A stretch of 64,000 nt of DNA, taken from contig CALBRZ010000133.1 of the NCBI GenBank assembly GCA_937927735.1, positions 71,903-135,902 on the forward strand, written 5' to 3'. The notes under the pieces are model-generated. The model ran no database searches and was not told the origin of the DNA. It saw nothing but the letters and a program-made list of their open reading frames with translations. Source of the stretch: an uncultured Planctomycetales bacterium. Its GTDB lineage: Bacteria; Planctomycetota; Planctomycetia; Pirellulales; S012-138. This document shows, one piece after another, positions 1 to 8,344 of this stretch (positions are counted from its first letter, which is position 1; each line of letters begins with the position of its first letter). The position numbers were made by a program, and so were the translations under genes.

Positions 1-1026
1 CAGCTTCTGCTTGGAGGCGAACGTGGCGACCGTCTCCAGCGGCGCAAACGGCTGCTTCCGGTTCGCCAGATGGTTGGCGATGAAGCCGTAGTACATGGCT
101 TCCTCGACCACGTCGGGTCCGCCCAGTTCAAAGGCATACGCCGAGTAACTGGCTTCGAGGAACCAGTCGCGGGCTTCGGTGAAATTAGCCTCCCACAGGG
201 CGATATGGCCCAGTTCGAGCAGTGCCAGCGGAGTCAGCGGGTGATCATACCGGCCGCTGGCGACGAGGCCGCGTTTGAGCAGGGCTTGCGCGTCACCATC
301 CTTGCCGACGGCACGATGCGCCAACCCCAGCAGCACGTCGATCAGCGATTCCGCCCAGGTATTGGGCGGCACCGACCGCCGCGACAACTCGGTGACGATC
401 GAGTTCATCAGCGGGTCGTGCCGGGTGTTGGGCCCCGACAGTTCGCGATACCGCCGGATCGAAACGCCGATGCAGCGCACGATCTCGGTCACGTCAACCG
501 GAACGCGCCGCAGGTTGCTGAAGCCCGTGTTGCTGCCGGGAATGACTTGCACATCGCCCAGCGTCACGCCCATGCGGTTGCTGTAATGCCCCACCTGGAA
601 GACACGCTGCGGCTTGCCCCAGGGGATGACGTACGTCTGGCTCGAAGGCCGAATCGGCGCCCAATCCACCCGGACCATCCAGTTGGGATATTGCAGGTAT
701 TGCTGCAAGGCCAGGCGGTGATGATCCAGCGACTTGGCGTTATTACCCATCTGGTAATAAGCCTCGCCCAGCATGGTGTGGTAGCAGATCGAATCGATCC
801 ACCGCCCGTTCACACCTTTGATGGCCGAGCGGCCCGCGCGTTCAAAGCCCTTGATGGCATCGGCGAAGTTCCCCGCTTGATAGACAGGAAACACGCTGTA
901 ATAGAGTACCGACGGGATTGAATCCTGCTGCGCCGCGACCGGCGTCACCGTCGCAGGCAGGGCGAGCGCAACGGCCGCGACGGCGATCACTGCGGACCGA
1001 ATCCATGGGGTGCGCGTCATGTTCAT
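1..1026 (-). CDS. Exported hypothetical protein with TPR-like helical repeats. Partial: the C-terminus runs off the window, so no stop lies inside it and the ORF track omits it.
   Basis: The reverse frame is open from the ATG (reverse complement of 1024..1026) down to position 1. It starts MNMTRTPWIRSAVIAVAAVALALPATVTPVAAQQ, which looks like a signal peptide. Helical-repeat-like text follows (FADAIKGFERAGRSAI, LGEAYYQMGNNAKSLDHHRLALQQY). The listed + ORF 70..921 is its antisense shadow. Confidence 0.6.
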   Translation of the reverse strand, partial: MNMTRTPWIRSAVIAVAAVALALPATVTPVAAQQDSIPSVLYYSVFPVYQAGNFADAIKGFERAGRSAIKGVNGRWIDSICYHTMLGEAYYQMGNNAKSLDHHRLALQQYLQYPNWMVRVDWAPIRPSSQTYVIPWGKPQRVFQVGHYSNRMGVTLGDVQVIPGSNTGFSNLRRVPVDVTEIVRCIGVSIRRYRELSGPNTRHDPLMNSIVTELSRRSVPPNTWAESLIDVLLGLAHRAVGKDGDAQALLKRGLVASGRYDHPLTPLALLELGHIALWEANFTEARDWFLEASYSAYAFELGGPDVVEEAMYYGFIANHLANRKQPFAPLETVATFASKQKL

Positions 1027-1480
1027 CCCCGATCTCCTCGTCTCTGGCCGTCCGCCAGGAGCCTCGGCGGAAGGGAAGCACGGCCGTTGTACTGGCCCAA
1101 GGTGCCCGTTCGTGGGCGCACTTGCTCGTTAGAAGGGAACTCCGCTACCGCTGCGGCAACTTGAGCGGGGCCGCCCGACCTGGCAGGCAGGCCGGCTGCA
1201 AGTGGTTGCGATCAGTGCATGGAAACGGCCCGGCCAACCCCAACGATATGCGCGGATTGACGTACTGGTTCCAGCCTACCGTGTTTTAACCAAGTAGCAA
1301 AGCAACTTCCGGCGCAAAGGCGTCCGCTTGCAGCGACAGTATCGGCTATATCGGTTACGCCAAGCGCTGGCTCATGGTTCGTGGCTTTTGGCCCCCATTC
1401 GCGGCAATCGATCGCCCACACCAACTGGTGGATGTCAGGCACAAAAGCACCGCACACCGGCCGCTACAACTCGCTGCGTC

Positions 1481-2884
1481 TTAGCGCTCCTGCGAAGGAA
1501 TATGGATGGCCGCGAACGCCGTCAGCCCAAAGCCAATGGGCCGCATCTTGGCCGGTCGCAGCTCATCGACCGGATGCCCGTTCAAATTGACATAGAGGGT
1601 GCTGCCATCGGCCGAGAGCTTGATGCCATACGTACCGCCGGGCACGTAACGGCAGAACTTCTGAAAGGCGGGCCCCAAGAAGCAGATCACCTTCTGCTTG
1701 CCGGTGGCAATCTCGTACTGCACCACCGGCGCGCCCTGGGAGTGCGCCTGGCCGTGAGCGCCCGGCAGGTAGTACAGGTATTTTCCGTCGGGTGAGGCCT
1801 CGACCACCGTCGTATAAAGCCCCTTGAGCCAGCAGGGGCCCAACAGAGTCAGTTCATCCTTGGCCGGGTCGTACCGGAATAGCTGATTGGTCTTGTGTGT
1901 GACACCGTAGATGGAACCATCGCTCGCCGGAGGTGAAGCGGCGCGCATCCCGGGCGTGTCGTCGGGAAACGCCGACTTCGTGGGCGCGATGGACTTGGTC
2001 TTGGGCTCGCACTTCCAGATGCGGCCTTCGGGACCGTTGAAGTACACCGTACCATCGGCCGCCAGGGCAAATGCCCGATTGAACGCCACCACGCCGTCTT
2101 TGGACTGAAACGCCGTCTTGCCGGTCTTCAGGTCAAACGCAAACAACGCGTCGCCACCGCCGGCTTCCAGGTTGCACCACCAGATGCCGCGTTTCAGGTC
2201 CATGGCCGAAGTCGCCGTGCATCGCTTGGGCGGCAGGCTGGTCACCACCTCGACCTTGCCGGTGGCCGGATCGTAGGCGTACAACTGCCCGCCCGGCAGT
2301 TGCTCGGTCCAGCCGTACTTGGGATCGCCGGCCGCGCCGCCGTTATTGAGCGTGCAACTAAAGTAGATGCGGCCGTCGGGCCCCTGGTCGATTTTGGCAT
2401 GGACCTTCGACCACGCTGGCTGACCGGGCCGAGCCGGCACCACCTTGGCCATGTCGACCACTTGTTCCAGCGTCTTACTAGCAGGGTCCCAGCGGTAGAT
2501 AAAGCACCGGGCATCACCGCCGGCATCGTTGCCGTGGTCGCCGATGCCACAATAGACACTGCCATCGGCGGCCAGGCCGATGTCGCCCCAGCTTGACCAC
2601 AACCGGCGGTTCACGGCGTCCGGCCCCAGGTCGCGGTGGAAGGCGAAATCCACCGTGGGCGGAACCTGGGCCACGGCAAAAGGCGCCGCGGCGGGATCTT
2701 TACGTGCTTCCTGCACCGTGTCGGGCACTTGCAGGAATAGCTCGCTGGTGATCGTCAGCGCGCCGTGCTTGGCTCCAGGAAGCTCCGGTGGCCAGGCAAC
2801 CGCAGCGTCTTGCGCCAACGCGGCCGAAGGCATCACCACCACTGCGCCAACCAGCAACACCAGGCCAAGCACGCGACGATTCAT
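1481..2884 (-). CDS. Secreted beta-propeller-like hypothetical protein
   Basis: Track ORF 1481..2944. I place the start at the internal MNRRVLGLVLLVGAVVVMPSAALAQD (ATG at 2884, GGAG about 10 nt upstream), which reads as a signal peptide. Repeated DG(S/T)(V/I)Y(F) strand motifs suggest a propeller fold. Confidence 0.7.
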   Translation of the reverse strand: MNRRVLGLVLLVGAVVVMPSAALAQDAAVAWPPELPGAKHGALTITSELFLQVPDTVQEARKDPAAAPFAVAQVPPTVDFAFHRDLGPDAVNRRLWSSWGDIGLAADGSVYCGIGDHGNDAGGDARCFIYRWDPASKTLEQVVDMAKVVPARPGQPAWSKVHAKIDQGPDGRIYFSCTLNNGGAAGDPKYGWTEQLPGGQLYAYDPATGKVEVVTSLPPKRCTATSAMDLKRGIWWCNLEAGGGDALFAFDLKTGKTAFQSKDGVVAFNRAFALAADGTVYFNGPEGRIWKCEPKTKSIAPTKSAFPDDTPGMRAASPPASDGSIYGVTHKTNQLFRYDPAKDELTLLGPCWLKGLYTTVVEASPDGKYLYYLPGAHGQAHSQGAPVVQYEIATGKQKVICFLGPAFQKFCRYVPGGTYGIKLSADGSTLYVNLNGHPVDELRPAKMRPIGFGLTAFAAIHIPSQER

Positions 2885-3028
2885 CGTAGTGGTTCTCCAA
2901 GAGATGATGCGGCAAAGCAGGGCAGGGCCGCCCACCAAGCACACCCCACCTTAGCGGGACGCGCAATACGTCGCAACTGTTTCCCTAGGAGCTGCGTTCT
3001 TGGCCAGCGCTATGGCCAGTCGGCGGAC

Positions 3029-4189
3029 TTACCGCTGGCGCTGATAGAGCGATACGCACGGTTCGTGGCGGGTTCCGTTGGCGTCGGTAATGGAGAACTT
3101 ATCGGGCCCCCACATGCTCAGCCCGGCGTGCCGCCCATCCTTGGCCAGCACATAGAACTTGAGGTTGAACTTGGGGCGGCCTTGATCGTCGCGCAGACGG
3201 GCCGGCGTGGTCTTGGCCACGCGACGCAGCACTTCCAGACCGGCCTCTTCGGGCGAGTAGCCCTGACGCATCAGTTCCACGGCGGCAAAGCTGCACAGGT
3301 TCTGCAGGTTCGCCTCGCCGCGACCGGTGCTGCCGCACGATCCAACTTCGTTGTCGACATACAGCCCGGCCCCGATGATCGGCGAGTCGCCCACGCGGCC
3401 AGGCAGCTTGAACGCCAGGCCGCTGGTGCTGGTCACGCCTGAGATATCGCCATCGGCATTCATCGTGGCCAGATGGATGGTGCCTGTCGGCCGGTTGAAG
3501 AACTGCTTGACGTCCGGATCGAGCTGATCGTCGGGCGGCGGCAGCCAGTCGTCGATATCGCTGCGAGTCTGCTTCCAATAGAGCCAGATCTTGCGGGCTT
3601 TTTCCGTGAGCAGGTTTTCTTCTTTGAACCCCTGTGCCCGGGCAAAATCCATCGCTCCCTGGCCGACCAGCAGCACATGATCGGTCTGCTGCATGACCAA
3701 CATGGCCAGCCGCGAAACATGTCGATAGTTCTGTACGGCCGCCACCGCACCGGCCTGGTGCGTGGGCCCATGCATCACCGAGGCATCCAGTTCGACGATG
3801 CCGTTCTCGTTGGGCAAACCGCCGTAGCCCACCGTGAGATCGTTGGGGTCGTCCTCCACGATTTGCACGCCGGCGACGGCCGCTTCGAGCGTGTCCTTGC
3901 CTTCCAGCAGCAGTTCGTACGCGCGGCGGGTGGCTTCCAGACCGTTGTGCGACGAGATCGCCTTTACGGGGAACTTGCCCTTGGCCGGCAGGGGAGGCCG
4001 CTGCGGTTGCGGGCGTGCACCGCCAGATGCCTGCGCGGCCCCGGCAGCCGGCAAGGCTGGTCCCTGGGAGGTGCCGGAACCTGGCTGCCCGGCATGCAGG
4101 CTGGCAGCAACCGTTAACGAAGTGGCCGACAAGGCGGTTGCCGCCGCCCCGCGCAAGAACTCGCGGCGTCCGGAAACTTGGTGCGTCAT
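3029..4189 (-). CDS. Tat-exported Ntn-hydrolase of the asparaginase-2 family (glycosylasparaginase or isoaspartyl peptidase type)
   Basis: The internal start MTHQVSGRREFLRGAAATALSATSL (ATG at 4189) carries a twin-arginine motif. The family signature is present: GTIHLATMNADGDISGVTSTSGLAFKLPGRVGDSPIIGAGLYVDNEVGSCGSTGRGE. The start lies 14 nt downstream of the stop of the preceding gene. Confidence 0.8.
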   Translation of the reverse strand: MTHQVSGRREFLRGAAATALSATSLTVAASLHAGQPGSGTSQGPALPAAGAAQASGGARPQPQRPPLPAKGKFPVKAISSHNGLEATRRAYELLLEGKDTLEAAVAGVQIVEDDPNDLTVGYGGLPNENGIVELDASVMHGPTHQAGAVAAVQNYRHVSRLAMLVMQQTDHVLLVGQGAMDFARAQGFKEENLLTEKARKIWLYWKQTRSDIDDWLPPPDDQLDPDVKQFFNRPTGTIHLATMNADGDISGVTSTSGLAFKLPGRVGDSPIIGAGLYVDNEVGSCGSTGRGEANLQNLCSFAAVELMRQGYSPEEAGLEVLRRVAKTTPARLRDDQGRPKFNLKFYVLAKDGRHAGLSMWGPDKFSITDANGTRHEPCVSLYQRQR

Positions 4190-4203
4190 CTGAGGATGCC
4201 TAC

Positions 4204-6120
4204 TCACACGAAGAACAGCTCGTACAGGTTCCACAACCCGGTCAGGAGCAGTCCCAAGAACGAAATCACCAGCAGCACGTCCCACACGCGGCCAGGCCGC
4301 AACCGCGGATCGGTCCGGGTAAAGCGGAAGTAAACCGCCGCGAAGCCCAGCACCGGCAACATCAGCGCCTGCATGAACGCGCCGGCCAGTACCAGCGTAA
4401 CTGGGTTCAAGCCCGATGCATACGTGATCACGCATACAATCGGGATACCGACGCAGAAGGCCGAGATCGACCGCTGATGCGACACTTCGTTGTTGGCGTC
4501 GATCAAGTCAAAGAGTTTGAGGCTGTCGGTATACGTCCGCGAGTGGCCGGCCGTAGCGACCAAGAAGGTCGAGTACAGTACGGCAATCGCCCCCACCAGG
4601 AACAACCACGGGGCATACTCGCCAAACACCGGACGGTATTGCTCCATCAGCGTGCTGACCATCCGCATACCGTCGGGCACCAGCCCTTGCTTGTACAGCA
4701 CGGCAACGCCCATCAAGAAAAAGGCCAGGGTGGCAACGGTGTAAATGATCATCGACACAAAGGCGTCGTAGTGCATTACCCGCAACCAACCCTTGGCACG
4801 ACGTTCCCAGGCGGGGTCGTCGCTCTTCGGCCCAGTGAATCGGGCGTAGCCTTTCTCCAAGCACCAGTACGGGTACGCGATGAGCTCAGTGGCTCCCACG
4901 CCGATGATGCCGAACGTGGCCAGCGCGGTGGCCAAACCGCCGCCCTCAGGCAGGCCGAAGCCGCGGAGAAAATCGCTGAGTTCCAGCCGGAACTTCGGCT
5001 GCATCTCCAGCGCGATCACGTTACCGACGGTCACAAAGGTGAACGTGACCACCAGCACCGTCGAAAGATTCTCCACCACGCGATAGCGGCCGCGGTACAA
5101 CAGGGCAATCGTCACCACCGCCGCGATGGCGGCCCAGATCTTGTCGTCCCGCGTTTGTGGTTCCAGCAGCGCGTTGACCTTGGCCTTGGCCGCTTTCACG
5201 GCAGCTTCGTTGGCCTTGGTCACTTCTTCCAGATGCTGCCGAGCCTGGGCGACAGACGCGGCATCGGCCGATGGTGACACCTCAACCTGGGCAAGCTCTT
5301 GTTTGGCCTGCTCAATTGGATTCTCCGCCGCAATCAACTCGAGCACGGCAGCCCTGGCTGCGACGATCCGCTCGCGATGCTCTTCAAGCTGCCGCTCCAG
5401 CGATTCGATGTGCCGCGTGTTCTTGGCCGAGCCGGCGTCGGGCGATTCGCGCAATTCCGTGAGCGTATCCAGCCATGCCTGGCGGTTCAGCTTGCGATCG
5501 AGAAACTCCTGCCCCAGCCGGATGCGTTTCAGCTTGGCCTCGAGTTCTTGCCGCTCCGTGCCGGTCAGTTCCGCCAGCCGCTGCTCTTCGACCGGCAGTT
5601 GCTCCTCCCAGTGCAAGTAGCGTTTCCACTCGCGTTCCGAGGGCAGGGCAATGGCCCGCACGTAATCGCCGTAGATCGGGCAAGCAATGGCCAGCGATTG
5701 CCCGACGCCACCTACGATGCCGCCAAGCTGCCCGACGCTGGCCAGCATCATCAGAAACCACCACCAGACAATCCAATTGACCTTGGCCCTGGGGCCGGGC
5801 ACGGTGTCCAAGGCGGCCAGCGTGGTTTGACCGTTACAGATGGTGTACCGCCCCAGCTCGATCTGGCAGAACACCTTGATCAGGCAGCCCACGATGATGA
5901 GCCACAACAGGCTGATGCCGGCTTCGGCCGCCGTCTTGGTAGTGGCGATCAATTCGCCGGAGCCGACGATGCTGCCGGCGATGATGAGGCCCGGCCCGAG
6001 CCGCCGCATCGTCTTCCAGAACGTGGTGGGCGGCTCTTGGACGGTACTAACCGTGTCCTGGCGAGGCTCGGACGATTGCGGCGCGTCGTCGCCAGGGTTG
6101 CGTTGCGATAGCTGGCTCAT
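4204..6120 (-). CDS. Nramp-fold (APC/LeuT-type) membrane transporter homologue with atypical motifs and a large coiled-coil insertion
   Basis: Track ORF 4204..6243; probable start is MSQLSQRNP (ATG at 6120). The TM1 region RRLGPGLIIAGSIVGSGELIATTKTAAEAGISLLWLII aligns by eye to the MntH TM1 block, but DPGN is replaced by GSGEL. A later block FGIIGVGATELIAYPYW replaces the MPHN block. About 180 charged, helical residues are inserted between them (about 5140..5673). Confidence 0.75.
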   Translation of the reverse strand: MSQLSQRNPGDDAPQSSEPRQDTVSTVQEPPTTFWKTMRRLGPGLIIAGSIVGSGELIATTKTAAEAGISLLWLIIVGCLIKVFCQIELGRYTICNGQTTLAALDTVPGPRAKVNWIVWWWFLMMLASVGQLGGIVGGVGQSLAIACPIYGDYVRAIALPSEREWKRYLHWEEQLPVEEQRLAELTGTERQELEAKLKRIRLGQEFLDRKLNRQAWLDTLTELRESPDAGSAKNTRHIESLERQLEEHRERIVAARAAVLELIAAENPIEQAKQELAQVEVSPSADAASVAQARQHLEEVTKANEAAVKAAKAKVNALLEPQTRDDKIWAAIAAVVTIALLYRGRYRVVENLSTVLVVTFTFVTVGNVIALEMQPKFRLELSDFLRGFGLPEGGGLATALATFGIIGVGATELIAYPYWCLEKGYARFTGPKSDDPAWERRAKGWLRVMHYDAFVSMIIYTVATLAFFLMGVAVLYKQGLVPDGMRMVSTLMEQYRPVFGEYAPWLFLVGAIAVLYSTFLVATAGHSRTYTDSLKLFDLIDANNEVSHQRSISAFCVGIPIVCVITYASGLNPVTLVLAGAFMQALMLPVLGFAAVYFRFTRTDPRLRPGRVWDVLLVISFLGLLLTGLWNLYELFFV

Positions 6121-6486
6121 ACAGCGGTTCTCTTGCGCCGGACGTGCCGATCGGCGAAGGCCAACTGCGTCTGGTGCCGCGAGCGGCGGCGCCAGGGCAC
6201 GCGGTAATCTCGTCACCGCCCCCCAATCCCCCTGCCGCGCCATTTCGCCGCCATGGCAGACACAGGCAGCTTATTCCCCAAAGTGGCGATTCTGCCCCAT
6301 GCCTTAGGCCGTTGCAAGCTTTGGCTGGGGGCATGCCAGGAAAGCACCCCGCGCAGCAGAACCCGGCACCGCAAGAAATGGGTACCGCAACATGCGCGAT
6401 GCAAACGCACCGAGTGCAGCGCGCAACGCGTGACCGCTCGATAGAAGAGAAGGAAGAGAAGACAGTGCAAGCCGCGTGTGACGTTC

Positions 6487-7452
6487 TTAGCCGCGGAAGA
6501 ACTCGTGGCAGGCGCTGCAGGCTTTGTTGATGCCGCCGACGGCCGACTGCACTTGTTCGAGACTGTTCGTCTTCAGCCCGCTGATGATGTTGGCGCACTC
6601 GTTCTCGATGGCTACGGCGTGTTCGATGTAGCTATCGTCGTCAGCGTACTCGTAACTGCTATCCTGGATCACCTTGGCCAGCATCCGCAGAATCTCAGCC
6701 TCATGCAGGATCTTGTCCTTGTTGGCTTCAAAGTCCGCCTTATTGGCCGTGAGGGGCTTGAGGCCGCGGTCCAATGCGTCTTCCATCCGCTGCATCAGCG
6801 GCGGACGGTTGGCCACCTTCTCGTTATACGGCACTTTCGTTTCCGCCTGGGGCACGTCGACCGACGAGCCGCGGACCAGCGACTGCAGGTCTTCATACCG
6901 CATCTTGGCTTCGTTGAAGGCGCCCTGCGAGGCCACTTTGCAGTTGAACGCGCTGCGGCCCACGATGTCGCGCATGCCGGCCGCCTTGTCTTTGAAGCGG
7001 ACATCGCCTTCGTACTCGGCGATCACGGCAAAGCACACGGCCAGCACACTATAAACCTTGCGCGTGGTGCGGTGGCCCGTGTTGAACTTGCCCAACGAGG
7101 ACACGGTGTCGGCTACTTCCAGCACGCCCTTCTTGATTTCGCCCTCGAGCGTGTCCGACGAAATGATGTCCTTCCAACCACCGCCGGAGCTGCCGGCGCC
7201 ACCGCTCGCTGCGCCAGCCGGAGCCGCGCCTCCCGGCGCCGCCATCGCCGGCGTGCTGCTAGCCACCACCTGACCGCCAGGTTGTCCGGGCCCCACCGCC
7301 TGGCGAAGGTCGGGGAAGAACTTGTTGATGAGCGACTGGTCGAACTTCTGCGGCGGCAGGGTCTTGCCCTGCGGCGGAGCCTGACCGGCAAGCGTCCCCA
7401 CCAGGACGACGATGGCAGTCACCACGGCGAGTCCGGCCAGTTTGCTTCGCAT
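6487..7452 (-). CDS. Membrane-anchored or exported class II (cytochrome c-prime-like) c-type cytochrome
   Basis: The start MRSKLAGLAVVTAIVVLVGTLAG (ATG at 7452) is a hydrophobic anchor or signal. A Gly/Ala/Pro-rich linker and a helical domain follow. A single CSACH heme-binding motif sits five residues from the C-terminus (..INKACSACHEFFRG), which is the typical position in class II four-helix-bundle cytochromes c. Confidence 0.65.
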   Translation of the reverse strand: MRSKLAGLAVVTAIVVLVGTLAGQAPPQGKTLPPQKFDQSLINKFFPDLRQAVGPGQPGGQVVASSTPAMAAPGGAAPAGAASGGAGSSGGGWKDIISSDTLEGEIKKGVLEVADTVSSLGKFNTGHRTTRKVYSVLAVCFAVIAEYEGDVRFKDKAAGMRDIVGRSAFNCKVASQGAFNEAKMRYEDLQSLVRGSSVDVPQAETKVPYNEKVANRPPLMQRMEDALDRGLKPLTANKADFEANKDKILHEAEILRMLAKVIQDSSYEYADDDSYIEHAVAIENECANIISGLKTNSLEQVQSAVGGINKACSACHEFFRG

Positions 7453-7922
7453 GAGTATTCCCCCTGCTCCGGTGGGATGAGATCTTGGCACAACGTGCAG
7501 CGGCCGACAACGTCCAGGCGGCCTGATCCACTGCGTCCATTATTGAACAAGGAGCCGACCCCAGCAACGGCCGGGGCGATGAATCGGCCGTAGTGACGCT
7601 TCCGCTCGGACCACGCCCCTTTTCCGGCAAGGCAGAAAGCCTGCGCAACCCGCATAATCCGCTGCCTTCCCCCCAGCCGTGAAATGTCCCGTAGACGGGC
7701 CGCTTACGCCTTCGCGCAGTCCGCACCTTTGGGGAAAATGCTGTCATCCGCCGGAAGGGGAGCCACACAGTAGCGCAGGCCGGCGGTAAAGCCTTCCCTG
7801 CCCGCATACTTCCCCTTGCTGGTTAGCCCGCAAAGCTTTAACATGCACGCTTTGGTTGCACTGCATGTTACGGCCCGGCAGCCGGCGCGGCGCCGGGCCG
7901 TTTACGTTCATACAGGTCAGAC

Positions 7923-8330
7923 GTGGACGCATTTGTGAACCATCTGCTGCTAGCACAAGCCCAAGAAGGGCAGCCAGGGCAAGCCGCTCCGGCGGCACCG
8001 CAACGGGGGCCGGGCCAGGCTCCAGCCTGCGGGCAAGATCTGGGCATGCTGCCGTTCTTCATCGGCATGATCGTGCTGTTCTACTTCTTGATGGTCCGCC
8101 CGCAGGCCCGCGAGCGGCAGCGGCGCACCGAGATGCTGTCGCAACTCAAGAAGAACGACAAGGTTGTGACGATCGGCGGCATCATCGGCGTGATCAGCAG
8201 CATCCACGCGGAAACCGACGAGGTGGTGATCCGCGTCGATGAAACGAACAACACCAAGCTGCGGGTTTTGCGCAGCTCCATCCATCAAGTCATCACGGAC
8301 GAACCCGAAGGCGAGAAATCGTCGAAGTAA
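7923..8330 (+). CDS. yajC: Preprotein translocase subunit YajC
   Basis: The block LPFFIGMIVLFYFLMVRPQARERQRRTEMLSQLKKNDKVVTIGGIIGVISSI matches the YajC TM segment followed by the RPQ..K..GD.V.T.GG.G signature. It lies immediately upstream of secDF. The GTG start at 7923 is uncertain by a few codons. Confidence 0.85.
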   Translation: MDAFVNHLLLAQAQEGQPGQAAPAAPQRGPGQAPACGQDLGMLPFFIGMIVLFYFLMVRPQARERQRRTEMLSQLKKNDKVVTIGGIIGVISSIHAETDEVVIRVDETNNTKLRVLRSSIHQVITDEPEGEKSSK

Positions 8331-8344
8331 CGTAGGGAATAGTT

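Noticed and set aside
70-921. A 283-aa plus-strand ORF at the left edge of the window
   Set aside because: The opposite strand encodes a protein with a signal peptide and helical repeats, open all the way to the window edge. The plus-strand translation has no recognisable features.
6121-6486. A possible manganese (yybP-ykoY) or other metal riboswitch in the leader of the Nramp-like gene. The minus strand contains UUUGGGGAAUAAGCUGCC, which loosely recalls the GGGGAGUAG core.
   Set aside because: Only one short, imperfect match exists. I could not find the second conserved half of the riboswitch (the UUGACAUA and AGCAAGACC-like segments as I remember them). The transporter itself lacks metal ligands. 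An Rfam scan would settle this.
7740-7800. An SRP (4.5S) RNA-like hairpin: CCGCCGG AAGG...CAGG CCGGCGG with a GGAA next to the stem
   Set aside because: The apical region is a 25-nt loop rather than a GNAR tetraloop on a conserved helix 8. The flanking symmetric-loop motif (GGAAGCAGCC-like) does not match, and no extended roughly 100-nt hairpin can be drawn convincingly.
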